Below are positions 20,084 through 31,545 of a stretch of DNA of 64,000 nucleotides, piece after piece. The notes under the pieces were generated by a model that ran no database searches, had not been told where the DNA came from, and saw only the letters and a program-made list of their open reading frames with translations. The stretch is from assembly GCF_000315625.1 (NCBI RefSeq), contig NW_005434670.1:1211966-1275965 (forward strand), written 5' to 3'. The number at the start of each line of letters is the position of its first letter. The first letter of the stretch is position 1. The DNA comes from Guillardia theta CCMP2712 (Eukaryota > Protista > Cryptophyta). Made by a program: the position numbers and the translations under genes.

Positions 20084-23000
20084 TAGCCAGTGGAATGTGG
20101 ATTTGAAAGACATGGGGACAGTCTCGGAGCCAGGAAGATTTCGTTACTTCTTGGTCGTGGTCGATGCCTACAGTGGATTTATTATAACGATTCCATTGAC
20201 GTCAAAAGGCGAAACTAAGGAAGTCATGCAGAGTTTGATCTTGCAGGAAGAACGCTCAGGTCGACCAGCAGTCATAACAGTAGTGAGTGACAACGGCTCG
20301 GAGTTTGCAAACCTCCAGTTGCAGTCATTCGTGAAGATGAAGGGGATCATCTGGAATTTTACCCCGGACTACACAAGTGCTGCCAACGGTCGAGCAGAGA
20401 GGGCGATCCGAACAGTGACTACCATCCATCGAGCAATCTCGTACCAAGCACAAGTCCCGCAGCGCTTCTGGCACTTCTCCGTCCAACAAGCAACGCTGAT
20501 CTTCAACAGTTTACCCAACCTGACGAATCGGGACGGCCTATCTCCCTGGCAACTTTATCAGGGACGAGAATTCGACTATGATAAACTGAAGGTGTTCGGA
20601 TGTACGGTATTTGTTGCCAACGAGGAGAAATTGAAGAATGATATGCCTGCTATTACTGCTGTTAACCTGGGAAATTCAGAGGCTCACATGGGTTACCAGC
20701 CAGGGTACTTGGTATTCAATCCAGCTACCAACAAGGTGATACATACGCGACAAGCAAGATTTGATGAGACCTTCTTTCATTTCAGAAGGACCAGTAGACT
20801 GCATCTACCCCCAGGACAGGAGTATGTTGGACTGCGCGAGGTGGATGAACATTGCTCAACTCAGAATGATCATGGAGCAACCAGCTCGGAAGCCTCGGAT
20901 GGCAGTATGGCAGAGTCCAGTGAAGACGATGGACACGATGCAGACTGGCAACCTGAACAGTCCGCAGATCAGAAGCAATCGATAACTGCTGGGGAACCTG
21001 TGCTGGGAAGCGAGGACGGCGAAGTCGGCAGAAAACGTACAAGAAGCGATTTTCGATCGGATCGAACCTTAATGGAACGGCAGTATGTCAACCGCAAAGT
21101 AACATATGGAACAAGGGCGGCGACGATAACGCAGATTGTGTTCAGAAACGGGGCATTTTACTTGAAAATCAAATATGACGATTCAGACAATGATTGGATT
21201 ATTGTTCCTACAACGGACCCGAAACTACGTCTGACATCTGAACGCGTGAATCTGGTCACAATGATCCGTTCTAGACGGTCAGGAAGCCAATCGACCTTAA
21301 CAGGAATGTTTAATCAATCCCGGACGGCAGAAGCGGCCTATTCCTTCTGTGCAAGGGGCATATCTCAGCCTGCCGAGGACGACAGTAACCAGACGAACGT
21401 CGGGCCGGAGCAAGCGTCTCACAGCAAAATGCTGATAGCCTACATGTGTAAATTCATGGATGTCTCAGAAGCTCAGGGAAATACAGTTCAATTATTGCAG
21501 ACAAGTGCGGCAGACAATTCGGCCAGCAGCAGGATCGACACTACCGGTAGAATCCAAGCTCCGAAGACCAGAAAGCAAATGTTGCTGAGCGCAGAAAGAC
21601 ACCAATGGTTGCAAGCTGAGCTTAAAGAACTCAACAGTATGAAGGAAAAGGGAGTGTGGGAAGAAGTGGATTATCCCAGCAACCGAAAGGCGAAGATCGC
21701 TCCATTCCAATGGGTGTATACTTTGAAATACAATACTGAAGGTGAGATTGCGAAATTTAAGGCGAGGTTGGTCATCCTGGGCAATCTAGTTCCCACTGAT
21801 GGTCCAGTATATGCTCCAACGTCAGATTTCCAGAACGTTAGGCTCATTTGTGCAATTGCCGCTGGAAACGCCTGGTTGTTGACGATGCGAGATATTTCGA
21901 CCGCGTTTTTGAATGCAGATATCGACGAGGAAATTTACATGTTACCTCCAGAACAGCTCGCCTTACCAAGGGGAAGACTACTTCGTCTGAAGAAGAGCCT
22001 GTATGGCCTGTCAACCAGCCCGCGGAGTTGGTTCAAATGTTTCACGAAGACTCTGAAGAAGATGGGATGTCGTCTAGTCGGCGTCGACGAGGTACTTTTT
22101 GTCTACGAGAATGCCAGTGGTCATCGAATCATTGGGACCATCTTCGTTGACGATATCTTGCTGGCTTCTCAGTCAGAAGCAATCTTGTCTGAATTCCTGC
22201 TCAAACTCTCTGACCATTTTGAATTTTCCGAGTCCCCTCAGGCGACTGGAACATTCCTGGGAGTCAAAATAACACAAGACTTGGCTCAAGGCACCGTCGA
22301 GCTCAACCAGACACATTTTATCCATCAGATTGTTGAGCGATTCGAAATACCTCAAAAGTCAGTGCGAAGCGTCTTACCACACGATTATGTCTCCTCCTAC
22401 CACCTAGAGGATGATCTGGTGTTGAATGAGAAGCAAATTCGACTGTACCAAGCTCTGCTAGGTTCACTTCTGTACCTCACCGCCGCGACCAGGCCAGATA
22501 TATGTTTTGCGGTCAGCCTGCTGAGCCGATTTGCCAAACGGCCTCGGATTAGCGACGTCAAGGCCGTAATCCATCTGACTCAATACGTTTATAACACTCG
22601 TGAACAGAGCTTAACGTTCTCCCAATCGGGTACATTCTTCAATCAACAGCATTATCACAACACTCTGATAGCTGCGAGTGATTCCACCTGGGGAACAGAT
22701 CCAATTACACGTCGTTCTCAAGGAGGGATTGTGATTTCTTTTAACGGAGGTCCAGTTAACTTCTCCAGCAAACTGCAGAAGGTCGTCAGCTTATCGAGTA
22801 CGGAAGCCGAGTTGTACAGTTGCTCCAACTGTGCGAAGGCGATACGGACGCTGCGATCCATCCTGCTCGAACTGGGGTTTGTACAGCGTGACCCAACAAT
22901 CATTCTCGTTGATAATGCAGCGGTCATCCATCTGCTGAGGGACCGTCGCGCATTTTCGAAGCTTAAGCATATTGCAATTCGACATCGGTTCACTCTTCAG

Positions 23001-23147
23001 ATGGTGGATGAAAACGAAATCATCGCTGTGAAGATTGCTACTACATACAACCCTGCGGACATTCTCACCAAGATCTGCCCAGTCTCCAAAATTCGTCAGC
23101 TAGCATCGTTCTTGTTCGGCAACGACATGTCTCAGGTCTCCGTTTGA
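19935..23147 (+). CDS. Element B integrase-RT-RNase H (ORF2, +1 frame relative to ORF1)
   Basis: CHVC, WNVDL, VSDNGSEF, ANGRAER; RT FKARLV..RDISTAFL..SLYGL..IFVDD; RNase H ASDSTW..SSTEAE..VDN..NPADILTK. Confidence 0.92.
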   Translation: MGLAKGNNKVTYSPTHRTAGPCHVCQTSKFSKLPIKTQGGYRQERAERINSQWNVDLKDMGTVSEPGRFRYFLVVVDAYSGFIITIPLTSKGETKEVMQSLILQEERSGRPAVITVVSDNGSEFANLQLQSFVKMKGIIWNFTPDYTSAANGRAERAIRTVTTIHRAISYQAQVPQRFWHFSVQQATLIFNSLPNLTNRDGLSPWQLYQGREFDYDKLKVFGCTVFVANEEKLKNDMPAITAVNLGNSEAHMGYQPGYLVFNPATNKVIHTRQARFDETFFHFRRTSRLHLPPGQEYVGLREVDEHCSTQNDHGATSSEASDGSMAESSEDDGHDADWQPEQSADQKQSITAGEPVLGSEDGEVGRKRTRSDFRSDRTLMERQYVNRKVTYGTRAATITQIVFRNGAFYLKIKYDDSDNDWIIVPTTDPKLRLTSERVNLVTMIRSRRSGSQSTLTGMFNQSRTAEAAYSFCARGISQPAEDDSNQTNVGPEQASHSKMLIAYMCKFMDVSEAQGNTVQLLQTSAADNSASSRIDTTGRIQAPKTRKQMLLSAERHQWLQAELKELNSMKEKGVWEEVDYPSNRKAKIAPFQWVYTLKYNTEGEIAKFKARLVILGNLVPTDGPVYAPTSDFQNVRLICAIAAGNAWLLTMRDISTAFLNADIDEEIYMLPPEQLALPRGRLLRLKKSLYGLSTSPRSWFKCFTKTLKKMGCRLVGVDEVLFVYENASGHRIIGTIFVDDILLASQSEAILSEFLLKLSDHFEFSESPQATGTFLGVKITQDLAQGTVELNQTHFIHQIVERFEIPQKSVRSVLPHDYVSSYHLEDDLVLNEKQIRLYQALLGSLLYLTAATRPDICFAVSLLSRFAKRPRISDVKAVIHLTQYVYNTREQSLTFSQSGTFFNQQHYHNTLIAASDSTWGTDPITRRSQGGIVISFNGGPVNFSSKLQKVVSLSSTEAELYSCSNCAKAIRTLRSILLELGFVQRDPTIILVDNAAVIHLLRDRRAFSKLKHIAIRHRFTLQMVDENEIIAVKIATTYNPADILTKICPVSKIRQLASFLFGNDMSQVSV

Positions 23148-24299
23148 CCATCATTACGCCGCTGCTTCATGCAAGACCTTGTCAAGCTAGCCAAGCTCCC
23201 TGTACCTCGTCAGGGAGGGAGATGGATGATGCGAAGTCACAGGGGACCCACTTCAGCCTGAGGTCATCTGTTCGACACCAGAGACAGTCAGGGAGGGGTT
23301 CACTAAATGAACAATCAAAATCAGGGAATATCATATCTTTTCACTATCATACCTGAATACTGAACTTCATGACAGGCTGAACCTCTGAGAACATCTGATG
23401 ATGACATCAGCATCGAGCCTCGCATCATACCTATGTCATGTGACATGGACGAGTCACAGGGATCCCCCAAGCAGAGCCAAGAGTCGCACAAGATGACGAC
23501 GAGGCCACCAGATAGCTCTCCCACCATGATGATGAGTGTGGCAAAGAAGCTGAGGGGTGACATGACAGCGAGAAAATCTCGATGATGGAGGGATCAGTCC
23601 TGATCAAAGTCGCTCTGAATGTCAAAAGTGACAAGAGCTGTTTTCAATCCAACCTGGCAAAGCCTGTACGTGGCCAACCAGTGAGGAGAGGAATTACCTC
23701 ATGATTCCACTGGTCAAGCACCGCGATGATTGAAGCGGCAAGCCTAGAGCACGGCAGATGAAAGCTTGAAGGTTGTGAAGATCGAGGAAGGGAGACGTCC
23801 CATTGAAGCCTCATTGCATGCCACGATCTCACGATGGCGATATGATCTCACGAAGCAACTCTACAGCAGAGTTGAAGAAATGAAAGGCAGCTTGAAGCGC
23901 CAAGCCTTCGCAAGACGAAGAAGCAGACGATGAAGACATACCTTCGATCGAAGTTATGAAATGATGCTGCAGAAATGAAGGAGGTTCTAAGTCGCCAGGC
24001 ACATCAGTGCTGATGGGCGCTGAGGAGAACCTTTCAGTACCATGCACAGCCCTACTGCGAAAGTCAAGTCAAGAGGCTGATCGCTTATGGAAAGAGGAAT
24101 ATCAAGTCTGATGAGCAACCATACAGCTTCAAGGCAGACGACCAGAGACCAAGCATGAGTCCACCTTGCTGTCAAGCAACAGCTCCCGCCTACTCTAGGC
24201 AAGGGAGGAAATACTGCGGCGACGACGCGCGAAGAGTCAACCGCAGCAGGCGCGGCAAAGCAACAATGCTGGCATCGGCACACAAGAGCCAAGGGAGGG

Positions 24300-25223
24300 T
24301 GTTGAAGCACCTGATAGGAGGAAGCTTCACCTCAGACAATGCCAAGTAATCGACGTGGCTCAAGTGCACAGATGCTTAGAGCCTCGGAATGCATCCCTGG
24401 AGAGGACAGCAACAGCTACAATAAGGACGACGTAGGAGAATCATGAAGAAGACAGCAAGAACTTAGGAATCGTGGATGGCAGCAGGAGATAAGCGAGCCA
24501 GCTTATATCAGTCCACGACAGGACAGCAGATGACACGGTGGCAGGATATGGCTACACTCAAGGGGAGATTGGAAGTATCACCCCTGAAGTCATGGACATG
24601 GGAGAACAAGGGGTCTGATCAAAGAAGACAGTACTATCATGATCATCTTAGCGGAGGACATACAAGGAATGCACGAGACCACCTCCAAGCATGCTCCTAC
24701 GGAGACACAGGACCTGTCAAGGTCAAGGGAGCAGCTACATCAACTTCACAGAGAGCGTTGGATGAGAATCGAAGACCTCGTCATGTCAAGCCTATGACTC
24801 TTTCTCAGGGGACCCTCAAGGTACGGAACCAGGCCTCGGACCGGTCGAAGAATCATATCGCAGATAAGAAGCGTAGAGTACCGGTAGTGGTAGTTCCTAG
24901 GACCGGGCAGCCCCTATTTTAGGGACCGAGGAAGAGGAAGAAGGGCCGCACGCATTGGCAGGACAGGGAAAGGAGAACGAGGTGTACAGTCTCTGTGAGA
25001 CTGGGTTGCTTGAAGTAAACAAGCTTGACCATCTATACCAATCTCTTATCTCCTCCGTTTGTTCTCTGTATCCTGATATCATTCCTGCGTGGCCACCATT
25101 CGTGATATCTATTACCGCTGCTACAGAAACTTGCAGTCGGTGCTATCACTGTCTACTTCGGGTGTCACTGCTACTGTGACTGTGTCACCGTCTGTGGAGA
25201 GAAGGTTACTGGGAACTTCAACA
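24300..25223 (+). repeat. 3' LTR of element B (924 bp)
   Basis: Direct repeat of 16068-16991, preceded by the PPT. Confidence 0.96.
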
Positions 25224-25228
25224 ATAAA

Positions 25229-25444
25229 CCGATACACATGTTTACTCATTGCTGTATTACGGGTTAAGCCTGACCTCGACATATAAGCAACCCATCTTAG
25301 ACGTTGGCCACGTCATCGGAATGGGATTGCACGAACATTGACGTGTGTTCTCTTACTGCTGTACATAAACAAATCTAGCTTCATTGTTCATCTGTTCTAC
25401 TCCTAAGTGCACTATCGCTCAGTTGCTGGACTATACCCGCATCA
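25229..25444 (+). repeat. 3' LTR of element A, right part
   Basis: Resumes with CCGATACACATG after the ATAAA duplication and ends CCCGCATCA, followed by TSD AATCA. Confidence 0.95.
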
Positions 25445-26339
25445 AATCAGTCAATATTCTGAGATTTGATGTGCGCTTGGTATGCTTCGCAACATCGTTC
25501 TGAGACATCTTATCCTTTGTTTTTCACCATGGCATCGTTTTCTCGCGCATTCAGAGGATCGGAAGCGCGATTGTTACCGCCAGGATCTGATTGCCTGCCA
25601 TATCTCATGCTTCCGATCTCTTCAGTTCACATGCAGCTAAGGTACTATGTTCATGTGGTAAAGAAACGATAAGGCATGATTTCAAGAAGATAAAATTCAA
25701 AAATAATTTAAGATTTGACTAAAACTTGAATCCATCATATCCGACCAATTCCCTTGCAACCTCTTATCACCCCCCCAATCTCCCTTGATCACCCCACCCT
25801 TTCTAGTGTCGTAACAGTGAAATCCCGTGCCATTGCGCCCCTGCTGACATAACCCCCCTGTCAGTCGGATTAACTTTGAAGCCAGTTACCCCCAGTCTTC
25901 TTGTTGCACCGGTGCCTTTATCTTCAATTTATGGGGATTATCTTAACTTCTTTGGTACCCCTACCCATTTCTCTTCTCAAGTACCCCTCATCAAGATACC
26001 CTGTATCCATGCAGAAGTCACCCCTTCTATTTCTTCCGACCTGACCCACCCTAATCAACACACATCGAAGCTCTACCCCCTGTTTCCTCACCCATGACCG
26101 GTCATTTACACACACAGATTTACGGACCCGACCATGTTTACTAGCGTTGATAAACCACCCCACCCCCCTCGACTCACGCGCGCCTGTGCGCCTTGAATTA
26201 GCTGATTGCAGCTACTCTCATGTACCCCACCCCTTCAATTCTAATAAACTACCCCTCATTTAGTAGTCGTTGAGAACCACCCCTACCACAGGTGTACGGA
26301 CGGCCGAAAAACACTCATTTTGTTCTCCATGGCGAACAA

Positions 26340-29300
26340 ATGACAGTGCGATCGGGGGATGGCAATGCAGGGGCAGAGGAAAGGGATGTGATATTTACAG
26401 GATCAAACAAGCACGACATGCAAGTAGAGCAAAATCATCAGGTGAATGATCCGAAAAAAATGCTTCCAAGGAGCCATTCACTTGCGGAACTGCATCGGCC
26501 CGGGGAGAAACACTGGCTTCATGGACGCGGATTCGAAGAGAGAAAGATGACAATGAAGGACATCCAACAGCCATCTCTCCTCTCTCTGGCCAATAACATT
26601 CCAGAGAATGTGTGCGATAATTGTAATTTTCAGGAAGCAAACTATCAACCACGCATTATTTTCATGGCGAGCGTTTTCACCGCGCTTGGTGGCATCATGC
26701 TCTTTGTTCTAAAATTTTTGATCAAGGAAAACATAGGAGGAGGTTTTGCATGGCAGTTCTTGCAAGAGTTGCCTTTCTTGCTCATCGCCTTCTATTCAGG
26801 GACTTATGCCTTGATCTTTTCCCAGGCCCGACTGCGTTTGTTTTGCATTCGAAATTATTCTTTCCTTGTGGTGGCATTTCTTTTTGTCGTGTATTTGGGG
26901 TTCTTATTATCAGATTTCATGACCGAGCTAAGACGTTCTGAATTCGAAGTGTCTTTTCATCTGAACATCTCCTGGGTTATCGACTTTTCTCACTTCCCTC
27001 CGGATAGAAATTGCACAGACCAATCTCCTGTAACGACAATGTTATTGTGGCCGCACTTCACCAGTATCGGCTGCGTAAACCTCTTGCTTGGAGGAGACAA
27101 GTTTTGTCTTTATATTCTTTTCATTCTTCAGCCACTGATCTATACCATCCCCGGCCGACCTGCATTATTGTTGTGTGTCATGAATGTGACAGTGTTCATA
27201 ATCGCAGTTGTCCTTCTGGGAAGTGTAAGCTGGAGTTTACTCACCTGCACATTATTCCAGCTGATTGCTGGATTATCAACTGCCTACTTGTGCCAAAGAG
27301 ATCTGCGTGATTCACAGCATCAATTCATCATCACAAAAAAGACCAAGTATGCTTCCAGCCAGAGCAAGATGTTGTTGTACACATTGATCCCCGAGAACGT
27401 GATGTCAAAGCTGACCTTTCATGATGATAGTGGCCTTTTAGGTGTTAAGATACCTCATTGCACAATTCTATTCTGTTCGTTCGTGCAGCAGGACAGGATC
27501 AAGGCAAAGGGTGCAGTTCAGACATTTCAGATCCTTGATGGTATCTTTGAAGTGTTTGACAACATTGTGGAGAAGTATGGGATGTACAAATATCAGCATG
27601 TAGGTGACTGGTATATTGTCACATGTCCAAGGGCTGCTCGACCATTTGATGAAAAGTTCCAGCAGGAAGAATATCCTCATCACTACACCCAAGGGATGGT
27701 GCACATGGCAAGGGAGCTCATTGAAGCCACCAGGAGCTTTCGTATAGATCAGTATGCCCTTGGGCTGAAGGTTGGAGTGAGTTGTGGGTCTGCAGCGGGT
27801 GCGGTGATAGGGTCTCACCGGGCGTTCTACTGTGTTTATGGGGACACTGTCAATACAGCCGCCAGAATGTGCAAGTATGCGAAAGAGGGACAAATATTGT
27901 GCACAAGGGAATTTGCTGATTCGATCTACTCTCTAGCTTGTGATTATATAACCTGCGAGTCATCCGGTGAGCTGGAGGTCAAGGGCAAAGGTTTGATGTC
28001 AGTGTTCAATGTCGTGTGGGACCCTCATGTGGTGATGGACGACCAGATCAGTGGAGCAGAGAGTCAGAGAATGGAGGATACAAGATCGACTGCAAGTCTG
28101 ACTACTGCAGGTTTGGAATTTGAATACGAAAATCTGAGCCCAGAGGGAAAACAACTTTTGAAAAGCAACACCTACAGGCTGAGCAACTTTTGGGTGGAGT
28201 TTGTCCATCCAAAATCCGAATCTCAATTCTTCGAGGACACAACTGAAAAGTTCACGTTCATAGTTTCCATAGGCCTCTCTGTACATTTCTTTGCAGTGCT
28301 GTGCCAATGGCAGGCGGTGAATTTCCCGGACTACGAATACGATTTTGCAGCTCTTGGAAACCAAGATCTTGAGTATCAAAAACTACGTGCGCGCTGGGTT
28401 CTGACTGGACATTTGATTTTTGTTTTCATCCATAGCGTCATTCTTCAATACCTCCTTTTCACCAGCAGGCTGGCATATCGAAATTTACAGCGGAATGTTG
28501 TCATTCAGAAAATGTTTTTTGTCGTGGTATCAGGTCTAGTCAATCTGAGGTATCACGTAGGCGATTGGTTGATCTTATTTCCCGCAGTTTTTTCAATCAT
28601 TCACTCTTCTGTTTGTGGGTTAACGTTTCGCAAGAATTTGCTCTCAAGTTCGATTTGTGCATGCTTCAGCATGGTCATGGTGTTCTTTGCCCCGCATAAG
28701 GTGTACCGATTCCGAGCGATCCTCCAGATCTTCTTCGTAGCTGTCATCTCCATCGTGTTCTCGAGGATCAAGAATCTTGCTGAGCGGAAGCGATGGCGTC
28801 TGGACAAACTCTTCGAGGTTGAGTTCAAGAGGCTCAAGGAGGTGATGATCGACCTCATCCCAAGACATGTGGCCATGGAGATGCTCCAGTTCTCGGGGAA
28901 GATCCCTTGCGCCATGCAAAGAGCTGCTGTGCTCCAGCTAGACATCTGCAACTTCACGGGCATGTCGCAGACGATGGACGCGTTAGAGCTAGCAAACATG
29001 GTGCACGACTTGTTCTCTCACTTCGACGACGCGGTCAGGCGATGGGGCCTCTTCAAGATGGACACAGTAGGCGACGCCTACATAGTTGCTGGATGGCTCC
29101 CCAACAGGACCGACTGGCTCATGCGCAAAGAGACGCAAGTGACCTGCCAACACCTGCTACAACTGGCGCGAGTTATGTTGACCACTATGGCCGACTATCG
29201 CCGTAGGACAGGGAGGACGGTCAACTGCAGGATCGGCATCTCCACTGGGGTCGTGGCGACAGGAGTGCTCGGAAGGATCCAGTCCAGGTTTCACATGATT

Positions 29301-29735
29301 GGGGACGCGCTGACCGAGTCAGAGCTGTTGGAGCAGAGTTGCTGGCATGGCGCTGTCCACGTCAGCGACAAGTTCTTGCAATGCATGCGATGCATGAACC
29401 CCGAAGTCTCTCCTGAGATGCCCATGCTTGCTGTTCGGCCCTCCAAGAGACAGAGCAACTGTAGCAGATCCAGCTCGATCTGTGCAGTGATGGGCACTGA
29501 CTCGTTCCCTTCCCGGCGTCAGTCTGTTCACGTCATCGCAAGAAAATGGAAGACGATGTCGAGGCTGGAGGGCATCGAGGGAAAACCTTCGTTACCCCAA
29601 CCTTGGCGATGCGTCGCTGTCAACGAGCACGAGACAAAGGCCAAGAAGCACGACACTGTGCAAGCGTGCGAGTTCAACATGAAGCTGAGTTATATCCTTG
29701 TTTTTGATGAGGGAAGAGAGAAAGATGTATCGTAA
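26340..29735 (+). CDS. Membrane-bound class III nucleotide cyclase with two catalytic domains (guanylyl-cyclase-like), paralog 1
   Basis: TM cluster; YKYQHVGDWY..FYCVYGDTVNTAARM..VKGKG; second TM cluster; LQLDICNFT..FKMDTVGDAY..RIGISTG. No intron in the ORF; first ATG at 26340. Confidence 0.9.
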   Translation: MTVRSGDGNAGAEERDVIFTGSNKHDMQVEQNHQVNDPKKMLPRSHSLAELHRPGEKHWLHGRGFEERKMTMKDIQQPSLLSLANNIPENVCDNCNFQEANYQPRIIFMASVFTALGGIMLFVLKFLIKENIGGGFAWQFLQELPFLLIAFYSGTYALIFSQARLRLFCIRNYSFLVVAFLFVVYLGFLLSDFMTELRRSEFEVSFHLNISWVIDFSHFPPDRNCTDQSPVTTMLLWPHFTSIGCVNLLLGGDKFCLYILFILQPLIYTIPGRPALLLCVMNVTVFIIAVVLLGSVSWSLLTCTLFQLIAGLSTAYLCQRDLRDSQHQFIITKKTKYASSQSKMLLYTLIPENVMSKLTFHDDSGLLGVKIPHCTILFCSFVQQDRIKAKGAVQTFQILDGIFEVFDNIVEKYGMYKYQHVGDWYIVTCPRAARPFDEKFQQEEYPHHYTQGMVHMARELIEATRSFRIDQYALGLKVGVSCGSAAGAVIGSHRAFYCVYGDTVNTAARMCKYAKEGQILCTREFADSIYSLACDYITCESSGELEVKGKGLMSVFNVVWDPHVVMDDQISGAESQRMEDTRSTASLTTAGLEFEYENLSPEGKQLLKSNTYRLSNFWVEFVHPKSESQFFEDTTEKFTFIVSIGLSVHFFAVLCQWQAVNFPDYEYDFAALGNQDLEYQKLRARWVLTGHLIFVFIHSVILQYLLFTSRLAYRNLQRNVVIQKMFFVVVSGLVNLRYHVGDWLILFPAVFSIIHSSVCGLTFRKNLLSSSICACFSMVMVFFAPHKVYRFRAILQIFFVAVISIVFSRIKNLAERKRWRLDKLFEVEFKRLKEVMIDLIPRHVAMEMLQFSGKIPCAMQRAAVLQLDICNFTGMSQTMDALELANMVHDLFSHFDDAVRRWGLFKMDTVGDAYIVAGWLPNRTDWLMRKETQVTCQHLLQLARVMLTTMADYRRRTGRTVNCRIGISTGVVATGVLGRIQSRFHMIGDALTESELLEQSCWHGAVHVSDKFLQCMRCMNPEVSPEMPMLAVRPSKRQSNCSRSSSICAVMGTDSFPSRRQSVHVIARKWKTMSRLEGIEGKPSLPQPWRCVAVNEHETKAKKHDTVQACEFNMKLSYILVFDEGREKDVS

Positions 29736-30129
29736 AGATGTATCGTAAAGATGTTATGTTTAATGAAAACTAATCAAGATAGCGGAGCTCGATTGTTTCA
29801 TCCGTTGTCGTTTGGTTTTAGGTGAATCGAACCAATCACGCAAGACTGATCGACATCAATCAAGCAAGACAGATCTTTACTAATCAACCTGCAATATTGT
29901 GACCAATCTCGGTCTATGACAAATTTCTAACAACGTTGGAACATACTTCAGAACCTTTCCTATCAAGATCATGCCCATAATGCAACTCTCCCTTCGATTG
30001 CTTATCATGTGTATCCAACGTGTAGAATATTATCTGCTTTCTGCCTGCTTTTCGTCATCCTCTGTTATCTCGTTCTGTCTCTTCCTTGCCCCGTCGCGTG
30101 GCCTTCCGGAACCCTCCCTCTCCCCCGTC

Positions 30130-30900
30130 CCTCCTACCCCCCATCATCATTGCAATGATCATCACCATTACCACCATTCCGTACATCGGCATTATCATCG
30201 TCATATGTGTGCCATCGTTATCGACATCGTCGATAAAATTTCTCTCTCATCAACTCAATCTCAGCCGTTGACATCATCATCATCATCATCATCATCATCC
30301 TTATCATCATCTCTTCATCATCTTCATTGACATTACCCTGTCACCTTTGAACTATCATTCAATCCGTCATCATGAAAGTTGCCACGCGTATCATCTTCTC
30401 AACCGTACAAGTACTTACAGCGCTTTAAACACAAAACTTCGCTCGCACCACATAACCATCTATTCATCGTCATCAACATCACCACCGCCCGCATCAATGT
30501 CATCTCCATCATCATCAGCATCACCACCCTCTTTACCACCACCAGCAGCGTCATCATCACCACAACAGCAACCATCAGTACCAGCACCAGCAGCATCTCC
30601 ATTACAGCCATTATCACCATCACCATCGTCGTCATCATATCTTCACCACCACCACCACCACTACTATCTCTTTCCTCATCTTCATCATCATAATAATCAC
30701 TCTTATCCTAACCCTTATCACCACCATTATCATCACCACCATCTCCATCATCTCCATCATCTCCATCATCTCCATGGTTGTTGTTGTTGTTGTTGTTGAT
30801 CATCGCTGCATTGTCGTAATCGTCATCATCATCACCATCATCACCATCATCATCACCATCACCATCACCATCACCACCGCCACCATTCAACACCATTCCC
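30130..30900. repeat. Compound (CAT/CAC)n and (TGT)n microsatellite block
   Basis: Long imperfect trinucleotide runs; the ORFs here are poly-His/Ser artefacts. Confidence 0.9.
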
Positions 30901-31431
30901 CTCTCTACCACTGAAGCATTTTATTATGCGAGCACCGGTCAATGACTTTACAACTTGACTATAGATTTCAAATCATGGTACCTCTGTATCTTCAAAAATT
31001 TCACCAAAACTTCAAATTGCTGCCCTCAAATCACTGGCCGCATCTTCTCCGACTCTCTCCAGTACCCCTCATTTTCCCCCTTACGACCTCAATACCCACC
31101 CACATGGTTATGATCGCTCGTACATTGATATCGTGTACCCCCACCCCAGCAATTATGAGTTTCTCTACACCACCGGTGGTGGGTTTTTGACTACAAACTG
31201 AACACCCACCCCCAGTTTGACTCTATCCCACCTTCTTCACCACCCCATAAACCCCTACCCTCTCTAAGAATGTATATCTGTTGTGATTGGCAGTCTTAGA
31301 GTACCCTACCACCCCACATTATATCAATTCACTCTTCAAAGTACCCGTTCTCGGAGAACGAGGAGGATACGAGAGGACCCACCCACCCTACCTACGGATC
31401 TCGAGGTTTTCCGGCCAAGACGCCCCAAGTT

Positions 31432-31545
31432 CAAGTTACTACTACGAACAAGTTATACTACTACAACACAAGTTACTACTACAACACAAGTTACTACTAC
31501 TACAACACAAGTTACTACTACTACAACACAAGTTACTACCACACT
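31432..31545. repeat. 18-21 bp tandem repeat ACAAGTTACTACTAC(TAC)AAC
   Basis: About 6 imperfect copies seen directly. Confidence 0.85.

Larger units (their letters stand above)
16068..25223 (+). mobile_element. Ty1/copia LTR retrotransposon B, nested in the 3' LTR of A
   Basis: 924-bp LTRs TGTTGAAG...CTTCAACA; TSD ATAAA at 16063-16067 and 25224-25228; PPT AAGGGAGGG at 24291-24299; PR-IN-RT-RH order. Confidence 0.97.
8487..25444 (+). mobile_element. Ty1/copia LTR retrotransposon A (full length; 3' LTR split by element B)
   Basis: LTRs bounded by TGATG...CATCA; 5-bp TSD AATCA at 8482-8486 and 25445-25449; PBS, PPT and a PR-IN-RT-RH polyprotein. Confidence 0.97.
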
